From contig OX337237.1 in the NCBI GenBank assembly GCA_946965045.2, forward strand, positions 186,001 through 250,000: DNA of 64,000 nt, in the 5' to 3' direction. The translations under genes and the position numbers were made by a program. This stretch comes from Epithemia pelagica. Its lineage: Eukaryota > Protista > Bacillariophyta. Each line of letters opens with the position of its first letter. Within the stretch, counting starts at the first letter, position 1. This document shows positions 1-10,719 of this stretch, in pieces. Under the pieces are notes generated by a model that made no database searches, was not told the DNA's origin, and worked only from the letters and a program-made list of their open reading frames with translations.

Positions 1-110
1 TGATTTCCCATGTCGATGGATGAGGAGGAGGTGTATTTGTCGTTCTGGATAGACAATTCCACAGTGGATCCTTTTCACCAATCAATTCAGAGAAACTCAC
101 TTTTTATGTG
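1..110 (-). CDS. 5' leader and first codons of another A-type Kelch gene running off the left edge (start Met at 11)
   Basis: 1-110 aligns with the leader of the copy at 57066-57170 (gatgaggaggag...ggatccttttcaccaatcaat...gaaactca). The CAT at 9-11 corresponds to the Met conserved in the other copies. Confidence 0.55.
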
Positions 111-579
111 AACAACTAGCCCCCAGCGGGGCTCAGTCATGAGGATTAGTGATTGAATGCACCATGTGCTTCTCCTACTCCCAATGCAGTGCAGAGCATT
201 CGATCACGCGGGACTCCTTCACCGTTGCTGGGGGATACGTCCTCCTGAAGAACGGTCAGTGAGCCGAATGTTGTTCACACCAAAACGCCAAATCTTTGAG
301 ATCAACAATTCCAATTGATTCAACGGTGCACTGATAAAACTCTAGATCGACAGGTTCGAAGACTGCGTGATGTATGAGACGCAAGTCAATGCTTTGTACG
401 ACCACTGTGCGCTTTTTATGATTACGAAGCAAAACCAATTGTACCTAGAGGAATACCAATCCATTGCCCTGTACTTAATTGAGTTTATTCGGTGTTTGTG
501 TGTGTTCATTATGTTTGCGCCAAGAAATGGGAAAACTATATGCATGCCAATCGATCTTTATTGTCCTATTTATTCGAGT

Positions 580-715
580 GGATAAGGACCTGAACGCACA
601 ATAAGAGACGAACCGCAAACTAGAGCGTGTGATGGTCGGCACCACATGGACTTCTCGTTGTTTCTAGGGAGCTTTTTGTGTTTCATAGTCCAAACGATAG
701 AGCAGGTAGCTAGGG
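580..715. repeat. Dispersed ~130-150 bp repeat R1, copy 1 of 5
   Basis: ggataaggacc...tttctagggagctttttgtgtttcatagtcc..acgatagag.aggtagc recurs at 6674, 40689, 50211 and 57481. Confidence 0.8.
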
Positions 716-1072
716 ACTTTTTTCTTCAGTCGGAAGCTATAGGCTAATGTGCCCTCTCTGTCCCTCCATCTAGCGGACCTGGGCCTATAACAGAACAAAA
801 GGACACTCTCCACTATCCAATCAATAGAACGATTCTTGGTTCTGGTTGTGAAAAGATTGGATTTGCTTCGAATGTTCTCAGCATCACAAGTTCAACAGAT
901 TCCAACATGGTACTACAGCGAAGAATCTCGCGCAGAAACGTTCCATCAGGGGCGAATGGAAAGAGAACTATCTACGAGTAATACAGCACTGTCTGTGAGA
1001 GCTAGTTTAATATGGTTTGATTGAGATTCTAACGAGTCGTCTACTATTATATCTGACATTCTATTTTCCAAT

Positions 1073-1770
1073 GGTCGTTGCTGTTGTTGCTCGACGAATT
1101 GAGTACAGAGACTACTTGTATTGACCAGAGTTTGGAACTCTGAAGCAACTACTTGATACTTTCCCAGTCATTGCTCCTATAGTTCTCGTTCGTGATTTGC
1201 TTCCAATCAGGAGAGTCGCCGCCACACATGGTGTGTGCCGTTCCCAAAAACAAACAAACAAAGGAGCACACAGTGTGTGTCGTGAAAACAAAACCAGGAC
1301 AGAACTTCTGTGGAACGAACTCTTTTCTGTTTCGAGCCTTGACTTCTGTGCAGTTTATCAGACCCAGTGGTCCAATGCACCATGACAATGGCACAGTGCA
1401 ATGGATCAATGGGTCTGATAAACTCAACAAGGCGGTTGTTGTTGTGGCTCGACGAATTGAGTACAGAGACTACTTGTATGGATCAGAGTTGGAACTTTGA
1501 AGCACCTAGTTGATGCTTTCCCAGTCATTGCTTGTAGTTTTCGTTGGTGATTTGCTAGAGTCGCCGCCACATGGTGTGTGCCGTTACCCGAAAAAAACAT
1601 GGGAGCACAAAGTGTGTGTCGCGAAAACAAAAGCAGGACAGAACTTGTTTGGAACAAAATCTCCCCTGTTTCGAGCCTGGACTATTGTTCAGTTTATCAA
1701 CCCCAATGGTCCATTGCACCATGACAATGGCACGGTGCAATGGATCAATGGGTCTGATAAACTCAACAAG
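1073..1770. repeat. Tandem duplication of a ~350-bp unit (1073-1431 / 1432-1770)
   Basis: Both units contain gctcgacgaattgagtacagagactacttgtat and end in tggatcaatgggtctgataaactcaacaagg. Several indels separate them. Confidence 0.85.
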
Positions 1771-2050
1771 GAAAAAACTTGGGAAGGACATCCCATGGCT
1801 CTCTAGAAAAAGGGGAGATTTCGTTTGGACCCGGTTCGGAGCAAAAGAAGAAGAAGAAGAAGAAGAAAAGAAGAATATAGGTTAGAATCAAATTTTGCTT
1901 TTTCGGACGGACGCTTCCGACAAGGCCTACTGCAGCTTTCCCCACAACACCTGCAGCACTATGAGCAACAGCGAAACGAGGCAGCCGCCCGTCTGCTTCA
2001 GAATGTATGTACGGCCACCTGTTTCCCTTCCCTCTGTGGAGATACTCTCT

Positions 2051-2644
2051 CTAATACTGGCTTTTGTAATCCATGAAATCCATCGTCGCCTTTCGCACCT
2101 CTGTGTGGTATTGGTTGCAGCGGGGACGACGACGGATGACAGACGGAGAGAGAGAGAGAGAGAGAGGTCTCGCGTGATACCGCCTACCGCCTGTCCGTCG
2201 GCGCTCTCTAGCACAGTCGCTCAGTATCCGCGACCAAAAGATACCCACTCCGCTCATCATCAGGCCATCAGCTGGAAGAATAGATTCAAACCTTTTTTTT
2301 TCATCAGGCCATGACGATGTCCACGACGACAGAACAGAGCCACTCTGTACTCCGTACCCTTGTGTCCTGCGATTGGAAAACCAGCGACGACAGCTTGGAA
2401 AGGACAATGATAAGAGAGAGAATCGAATCGTTATCAAGGTTCCTGTGGACCCAACAAAAGTTCCATGGAATTTCAAGAATGGTGTCTCCCAATCCAGACA
2501 TGTTCTGTTTGCCGCGCCTTCTTGGGAGTGCTGGTTGTCATCCAGGTCACTCTTCCTATCTCGGCATATTAAGAGAGGAAAGACAACAGTCGGCAACATT
2601 TTGGCAAGGCAGTTGGAAGAGCAAGTACAATATCCTTCAAACAT
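2051..2644 (-). CDS. Cryptic companion ORF downstream of Kelch A1 (unknown protein; track ORF extends to 2788)
   Basis: Block RDRKSDLDDNQHSQ...NRTC..WE..FLK.HG is conserved with 36656-36958, with many synonymous third-position differences. The ATG in caacccATGttt is conserved. Confidence 0.4.
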   Translation of the reverse strand: MFEGYCTCSSNCLAKMLPTVVFPLLICRDRKSDLDDNQHSQEGAANRTCLDWETPFLKFHGTFVGSTGTLITIRFSLLSLSFPSCRRWFSNRRTQGYGVQSGSVLSSWTSSWPDEKKRFESILPADGLMMSGVGIFWSRILSDCARERRRTGGRRYHARPLSLSLSPSVIRRRPRCNQYHTEVRKATMDFMDYKSQY

Positions 2645-2936
2645 GGGTTGCTCCAATGTCTCTTCCCCCTTCTTGTCAGTGTGTGGACAACAAGGAGAAA
2701 TGAGCAACCAAAACTCAAACCTACTACTACAACGTGTCATTGAAAAAGGAACACAGCTGCGAATATAACACATCATCACTACTATCAAGGCCGGATCTAC
2801 AGGACTTTGTCAAGGTCATTATTGCAGAGATTCAAATGATATAGAATCACAGTGCTGGACAAGCCAAGGGTCTTGGAATTTGAATATGTGCGTGTGTGAG
2901 AGAGATAAAAGTTTGCTCATGGGGGGCATGGTTTGT

Positions 2937-5422
2937 TTAACGGGTCCACTGGTTCCAGAGAATCCAGGCACTGTACAGCATGGTACTTCCAAGAACTGTC
3001 GCTTCCAGTCGACCCAAACGGTCCTGCACTGTCATGTTTGGTACCGCATCAGGAGTTTTGGCCGTCTCTTTACTCATGCTCTTGATGAAAGCGGCATCAG
3101 CACAATCATGGTTCGCCTCGTCGACAGGAGCCACTGAACCATTAGAAGGATGTAGACTCAGAGTAGAAGAATGCATGCTGTCGGATGACACATCCGCCTT
3201 CTTCTCTGCCACTAACAATGAGTCCGTGCGAAAACCATTGTCCGTGGGCAAGGTTGGTTGAGGTGTGTCGTTGGAACCACAACGACTCTGGTTCTCGTCA
3301 ACCGCAGCTGCAATGAGAAGCTTTTGTTCTAAGGCATCGAAACGAGCCAAAAGGAGTTTCAGTTCCGTTGCATGGCGCTCCCTCTCATCTGGAACCCGTT
3401 CGGCCATTGGTTGGTTCGTCGTTTCCTTGTCTTTGAGACATTGAACTTGATGGGACACTTGCTCGAGTAGCTTGGTCAGTTGTTGGTGCCTTGAATCCTT
3501 TTCTTTGGCATCCAGGTCTTGGTACTTTTCATGATTTGCATCGAGACATTGAACCCGGCCGGCCACTTGGCAATTCTGGACATGCTGGTCCTCGAGGCCT
3601 TTTACTCGGATGACCATGTCGTTGACGAGATCTTGTAAACGGTTTTGAAAATCTTTGACGAGATCTTGCAAACGTGTTTCAATATCATCCGGGCTTTTGA
3701 TTGATTCCACCGCGGCTTCCATGTCAGTCAAACCGTACGGTAGATTCTCGATTTGCCGGTCTTCGAGGCCTTTTACTCGGATGACCATGTCATTGACGAG
3801 ATCTTGTAAACGGTTTTGAAAATCTTTGACGAGATCTTGCAAACGTGTTTCAATATCATCCGGGCTTTGGATTGACTCCACCGCGGCTTCCATGTGAGTC
3901 AAACGGTCCGGTAGATTCTCGATTTGCTGGTCTTCGAGGCCTTTCACTCGGTCGGTCAAGTCTTTGACGAGACCATGCAGACGTTTGAATTCATTAGGGC
4001 CCTGGATTGACTCAACCACCGCTTCCATGCGAGTCAAACAGTCATGCAGGCCTGGTGATTGTTCGCTCCCCAATCTATCACATGGAAACGAACGTAACGT
4101 TTTGTCATTGTCTCGACTCACTGTCTCATTGGTGACCGGCTTTTTGGATACTGGTGCCTTCTTGAGGCGTTTCCAGGACGTTCCATCCAATGGCTTTTGG
4201 CATGGTATAGATGGACGCTTGGTTCCTGATGCCGTACTTAGCTGTGGAGAGGCCTCGTGCTTTTTCAAATAACAGACACAAAAAACATGAGAAAAATACG
4301 CGTCTGGAGAAATGTTATTTCATTAACTGGACGACGTACCTTCGGAATTGTTCCTTGCCGAGTTGTTTCCAAGTTTCCCAGGCCGCCACCAAACTGCAAT
4401 GACTCCACTGTACCAGAGATTGTATCGACTGCCAGTAGCCTGCCTGATTCAGGAAGAGCCAACAAAACTTGACCATAGTTTGGCTTATTCAACTTGGTCA
4501 ATTCTGACGTCTCTCGTTGCTCCAAATCAATGACGTCCATGGATCCTGCCCACTTGTCGTTACAATCCCAACCTCCAGCAACCACAATTTTGGAACCAAC
4601 AACAACAGAGTGATGGTGGTAGCGAGCGTGCGGCAAGCAAAGATCAGTTTCCACCTTCCAAGACAGAAACTCTGGGCGTAATTTGCGACAGGATGATTCA
4701 CCGCCTGGAACATGCTTGTTTGGATCATTGGCGCTGTCATTCGTTGCAAATTCAATACATTCCACCGACTTCATGGCTTTATAATTGGACATTGCTATTC
4801 CACCAAGAATGTACATTCTATTTTCAACCGCAATAGTGGTAAACCCAATACGTTGTACAAGGTTTGGGTACGAGGCTCTAGCAAGAGTGAGTGTGTGGTT
4901 GTCTGGGTCACGAGTATCCAGAACCTGCATCCTGACGCGGCTTCCATAAGTCATGACAACAATGTAGCGGTCCTTCAGCACGGCAGTAGAACCTGCATTA
5001 CTTGGACGGGCAGACAATTGACACTTTAAGTTGCACCAGCTTTCTGTCGTTTTCCCTGACATAGATGTAGTGTGCTTTTTCAACAGATCTTGGATGTTAA
5101 TGCGCTCAATGATATTTGTGCCACCGCCAATGGCGTAGACTGCACCGTTACAAACCACCGCATCAAAATCCCAGCGTGGCAAGTTCATTGGTGGGCCTTG
5201 TCTCCATTGTGAAATAGATGGAATCTCCATCATCTGGACAGAGTTGGTAGACCCACAGTCTTCTAGCCCTCCAATCATTAGCAGTGTTGTGCATCGCGTC
5301 CCGGAACTTTTCGGGGAAACGACAACCATTGCGCTTTTAAAGCGAAATCCTCCCACAGGAGAAGGCCATGAACTTTCCATGTGCCACTTGCTTTGGGAAG
5401 TCTTTTGTTCTTTGGCAGTCAT
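2937..5422 (-). CDS. Kelch-repeat / coiled-coil / C-terminal anchor protein A1; intron 4260-4339
   Basis: Kelch motifs (MIGG, GPPMNLPRWDF..VVCNGAVYAIGG, VENRMYILGG, VGSKIVVAGG). An 80-nt GT..AG phase-0 intron joins ORF 4265-5554 in frame to ORF 2937-4268. The start may be 5422 or 5524. Confidence 0.85.
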
Positions 5423-5620
5423 GTTGGTGGGTGAGGAGGAGAATCTGCCGTTCTTGTTCGTCGATGAATCCGCGGTGGATGGAATCGAATCCTTGTTGTC
5501 GCCAATCAATAGAGAGGAACTCATCTTGAATGATTTTTGTGATCCAAACGACACGCTATGCCTTATTTAGGTTTTCAAGCGAACGCCTCGACTCTGTCCA
5601 TAAAGATCGGGACACGACTC

Positions 5621-5769
5621 TAGTTCACACCAAAACTCCAGACTTGTGAGTCTTTTGGACTGATGGAACTATTATAGGTTTTGAAGTGAACGTCCTCGCT
5701 GTCCATCTACAACCTGCTTTATGCTGCGGCAAATTGCGACAAGAGTGTAATTCACACCAAAACTCCAGA
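5621..5769. promoter_or_regulatory. Paired 24-bp upstream motif TGTARTTCACACCAAAACTCCAGA (5621-5642, 5746-5769)
   Basis: The same motif recurs upstream of the Kelch genes at 10150, 10276, 40003, 40067, 52504, 52564 and 57271. Regulatory function is inferred. Confidence 0.55.
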
Positions 5770-6191
5770 TGTGAGCCAGTTCTTCATCGCACTCCAGTGG
5801 AGGTATTGGACTGCGGATCTGGTTATATCCTATATAGACAAGGAACCAAGCCAGGATGTTGCTACTTACTACTCCAAAGTCGATCGAGAAGTAAACATAT
5901 TATATCTAGGTACGCCTATACTTCAAGACCTATATTATAACCAAATGAACCAAACAGAGAGCAGGCAGTTCGTACTTTATACCTTTCTACCCAGCTGAAA
6001 TCTGATGCACAGAGAGATTGCCGGAAGGTTCCGGTTCTACCGCGGATTGGTTCGGCCAATCACATCTACTAGTAGAATCCCATGGTGGGATAGGAAACAG
6101 GAATCATGGGGAAACGCCGAGCGGGTGGTCGCTGTTCCCAATACGTAGCTGTGCACCGCACGGATCTCTCCTTATATTGCCTGGCGGCTGC

Positions 6192-6661
6192 TTATTCCAA
6201 TGAGTCGGTCAACGACGACGACAATAAGGCGGTTGGTGAATTGTCCGAGGTGGATGATGTGGGTGTCCTGGATGGTTTGCTGTTTCCTCCCCAAGAATAC
6301 AATGCCTTTGTTGTAGTGACACTTGGATCCGCATCCATCAGTGTGTATAGTCGTGCTACATCTTCTTTCGTTCGGGGGGCCTCGCTCTTGTTGTTGTTGT
6401 TCTTGTTGTGGTGTGCGACCGCATTGTGGGTATGACGATGATGCAGCCGTGTCAATTCATGTTCCTTCGTTTCGACACTCGTCACGGTTGTCGTATGTTT
6501 TGTTACCTTGAAACAACGACGACCCAAACGATGATGGCGTCCGCATCAATGGTTGCGAGGTGGCTTCTCGTCGCGCACGGGCATAGTCGCCAATCTGCCA
6601 CAAACAAACCATGGCAATGGCAAAAAAGACATTGAGAGAGGCCAAACTCCACGCCATTTGA
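6192..6661 (-). pseudogene. Duplicated 3' fragment of the MFS transporter gene
   Basis: Matches 10720-11180 (TKEHELTRLHHRHTH...SSSLTDSLE). Homology stops at ggccaaactccacgccatttg, next to repeat R1. Confidence 0.85.
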
Positions 6662-6673
6662 ATCTACTCGTGT

Positions 6674-6800
6674 GGATAAGGACCTGAAAACTTTCGACAA
6701 AATGAGATAAACCTCCTAGAGCATGGTTGGTGCATGACACGGCGCTGTTTCTAGGCAGGTTTTTGTGTTTCATAGTCCGAAACAAAATAGAGCAGGCATA
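6674..6800. repeat. Dispersed repeat R1, copy 2 (at the tandem-duplication junction)
   Basis: ggataaggacctg...tttctaggcaggttttgtgtttcatagtccg. Confidence 0.75.
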
Positions 6801-7546
6801 GCGTTTACCGCCTGTCCGTCGGCGCTCCGCAAAACTCGCACATGCTGTGATCCGCGACCAAAAGATACCGTCGACCATATACCGTCGACACCGCGGCGAC
6901 GGAACAGAGCCAATCTGTACTCCGTATCCTTGTTTGGCAGAACCAGCGGACCAGAATAATAATCTTCGATAGCTATTCGTGGCAATGGTTGGAGAGGACA
7001 ATGACAAGGGAGAGAATTGAATCGTTTTCAACGGTTTACAACGCCATGGAACTTCAAGAATGGTGCTTCCCAATGCTAATCTCTATAGTGTTCTATTTGC
7101 CACGCCTTGAAGAGAGTGCTTGTTGTCATCAATGTCATATATAGGGAAGAGGCAACAGTCGGCAACATTTTGGCAACGCAATTTCGCAAGAGCAGGTGTC
7201 CTCACTATGTACACCAATAAACATGGTTTGCTTCAATGTCGCTACCTCCCCCCTTCGTTTGTCTCTGCTTGCCGTAAGCTTCCTATTGTGAACAAGAAAT
7301 TCAGAAAAACCTACAGCCTTTCATGGAACAACAACAAAGCTTCAAGTAACACATCATGTACTATAGGAGAGCCATCCGGGTTGGGTACAAAAGGACGTTG
7401 TCCAAAGTCCATGCAGACAGAGATTCGAATGGTATAGAATCACAGTGTTGCGCGCGCAAGTCAAGGGTCTTGAAATATGAAAGATATGTATTGTGTGTGT
7501 GAGAGAGAGAGAGAGAAAGAGATCTGGTTGCCTTGGGACACGTTGT

Positions 7547-9972
7547 TTAACTGGTCCACTGGTTCCAGAGAATCCAGGCACTGTACAACATGGTACTTCC
7601 AAGCACAGTCGCTTCCAGTCGGCCCACACGATCCTGCACTGTCATGTTTGGCACTGTGTCAGGGGTTGGGGTCCCTTCTGGACTCGTGGTCTTGTTGGCA
7701 TTCGAATTCATATGGTCGTCGACAGGAGTAGCCTCTGGACCATTGGAAGGATGCATACTCAGAATAGAAGAATGCATGCTGCCGGATGCACCCGCCTTCT
7801 TCTGTTCCAAGAATATTGAATCCCTGCGAGCAGTGGCATTGTCCGTGGGCCAGGTTGGAGGACTCTGGTTCTCGTCAATTGCAGCTGCTGCAACAAGCTT
7901 TTGTTCCAAGGCATCCAAACGAGCCAAAATGAGTTTCTGTTCCGTTGCATGGCGCTCCCTCTCATCTGGAACCCGTTCGGCCATTGGTTGGTTCGTCGTT
8001 TTCGTGTCGTTGAGACATTGAACTTGATGGGACACTTCCTCGAGTAGCTTGGTCAGTTGTTGGTGCCTTGAATCCTTTTCTTTGGCATCCATGTCTTGGT
8101 ACTTTTCATGAGTAGCTTCGAGAAATTGAACCCGCTCAACCACTTGGCAATTGTCGACAAGCTGGTCCTCGAGGCCTTTTACTCGGATGACCATGTCTTT
8201 TACGAGATCTTGCAAACGTTTTTCAAACTCATTCGGGCTTTGGATTGACTCAACCGCCTCTTCCATGCGAATCAAACGGTCAGCCAGATTCTGGACATGC
8301 TGGTCCTCGAGGCCTTTTACTCGGTCGGCCATGTCTTTGACGAGATCTTGCAAACGTTTTTCAAACTCATTCGGGCTTTGGATTGACTCAACCGCCTTTT
8401 CCATGCGAGTCAAACGGTCTGGTAGATTCTTGATTTGCCGGTCCTCTAGGCCTTTTACTCGGTTGGCCATGTCTTTGACGAGACCTTGCACACGGTTTTC
8501 TAAATCATTCGGGCCCTGGATTGACTCAACCGCCTCTTCCATGCGAGTCAAACGGCCATGCAAGCCTGGCGATTGTTCGCTCCCCGATGTACCACATGCA
8601 GACGAACGTAACTTTTCGTCATTGTCATTGTCTCGATTGACTGAATTATTGTTGACTGGCTTCTTGGAGTTGGTTTCTGGTGCCTTCTTGAGGCGTTTCG
8701 AGGACGTTCCATCCAATGGCTTTTGGAATGGTTTAGAAGGACGCTTGATTCCTGTTCTAGTACTTCGCTGTTGAGAGGGCTCGCACTTTTTCGAATCACA
8801 GACACAATAAACATGAGAAAGATAGTCTGGAGAGAAGTTATTTCACTCACTGGACGACGTACCTTCGGAATTGTTCCTTGCCGAGTTGTTTCCAAGTTTT
8901 CCTGGTCGCCACCAAATTGCAATGTCTCCAGCGTGCCAAAGATTGTATCGACTGCCAGTAGCCTGCCTGAATCAGGAAGAGCCAACAATGCATTTACATT
9001 GTTTGGCTTATTCAACTTGGTCAATTCTGACGTTTCTCCTTGCCCCACGTCGACGACTTCCACGGATCCTGCACACTTGCCGTTAAGATCCCAACCTCCG
9101 GCAACCACAATCTTGGAACCAACAACAACAGCCTGATGGTGATAGCGAGCGTGCGGCAGGCAAAGATCTGTTTCCACCTTCCATGACAGAAACTCTGGGC
9201 GTAATATGCGACAGGATGATTCACCGCCTGGAACATGCTTGTTTGGATCATTGGCGCTGTCATTCGTTGCAAATTCGATACATTCCACCAACTTTAAGGC
9301 TTTATAATTAGACGTTGCTTTTCCACCAAGAATGTACATTCTATTTTCAACCGCAATAGTGGTAAACCCAATACGTTGTACAAGGTTTGGGTACGACGCT
9401 CTAGAGAGAGTGAGTGTGTGGTTGTCTGGGTCACGAGTATCCAGAACCTGCATCCTGACGCGGCTTCCAAACGTCATGACAACAATGTAGCGGTCCTTCA
9501 GTACGGCAGTAGAACCTGCATGACTTGGACGGACAGGCAATTGACACTTTAAGTTGCACCAGCTTTCTGTCGTTTTCCCTGGCATAGATGTAGTGTGCTG
9601 TTTCAAGAGATCTTCGATTTTAATGCGTTCAATGGCCAATGTGCCACCGCCAATGGCGTAGACTGCACCGTTACAAACCACCGCATCAAAATCCCAGCGT
9701 GGCAAGTTCATTGGTGGGCCTTGTCTCCATTTTGGAACACAGTTCGCTCCGGATGGAATCTCCATCATTTGGACAGAGTTGGTAGACCCACAATCTTCTA
9801 GCCCTCCAATCATTACCAGTGTTGTGCATCGCGTCCCGGAGCTGCAGATGGTTCTGCTTTTCGGGGAAACGACAGCCATTGCGCTTTTAAAGCGAAATCC
9901 TCCCACAGGAGAAGGCCATGAACTTTCCATGTGCCACTTGCTTTGGGAAGTCTTTTGTTCTTTGGCAGTCAT
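7547..9972 (-). CDS. Kelch / coiled-coil / anchor protein A2; intron 8786-8862
   Basis: Close paralog of A1. A 77-nt GT..AG intron restores frame from ORF 8548-10104 to ORF 7547-8716. Three 46-aa coiled-coil repeats. Ends LGSTMLYSAWILWNQWTS. Confidence 0.85.
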
Positions 9973-10719
9973 GTTGGTGGGTGAGGAGGAGAATTTGCCG
10001 TTCTTGTTCGTCGATGAATCCGCGGTGGATGGAATCGAATCCTTGTTGTCGCCAATCAATAGAGAGGAACTCATCTTGAATGATTTTTGTGATCCAAACG
10101 ACACGCTATGCCTTATTTAGGTTTTCAAGCGAACGCCTCGACTCTGTCCAGTTCACACCAAAACTCCAGACTTGTGAGTCTTTTGGACTGATGGAACTAT
10201 TATAGGTTTTGAAGTGAACGTCCTCGCTGTCCAGCCTTATGATGCGGCATATTGCCTGCAAGGTCGCGACAAGAGTGTAATTCACACCAAAACTCCAGAC
10301 GTGAGTCAGCATGGCGTTCTGTCGCATTGCTATACTCCACTGGAAGTATTGGACTGCGGATCTTATATAGACAAGGAACCAAGATGTTGCTTCTTCAAAG
10401 TCGATCGAGGTATACATCTCATATATATAGGTACGAAGACCTACATTATAACCAAATGAACCAAACAGAGAGCCGATCGTACTTAATACCTTTCTATCCA
10501 GCTGGAATCGTATGCACATCACAGTGCATAGAGAGAGAGATTGCAGGAAGGTTCTGGTTCTACCCCGGATTGTGTCGCCCAATGGTATCTATACTAGAGG
10601 CCCGTGGGATAGGAAACAGGGATCATGGAGAGACACCGAGCGAGTAGTCGCTGCTCCCAACACATTTGGGAAACTGCGCACCACATGGATCTCTCCTTAT
10701 GTTGCCTGCTGTCGGCTAC

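Noticed and set aside
5621-5769. CRISPR-like reading of the 24-bp repeats
   Set aside because: Only pairs, irregular spacing, no cas genes and a eukaryotic context.
8151-8774. Plus-strand repetitive ORFs (also 3964-4272, 7590-8021)
   Set aside because: Antisense of the coiled-coil repeats; no independent coding signal.
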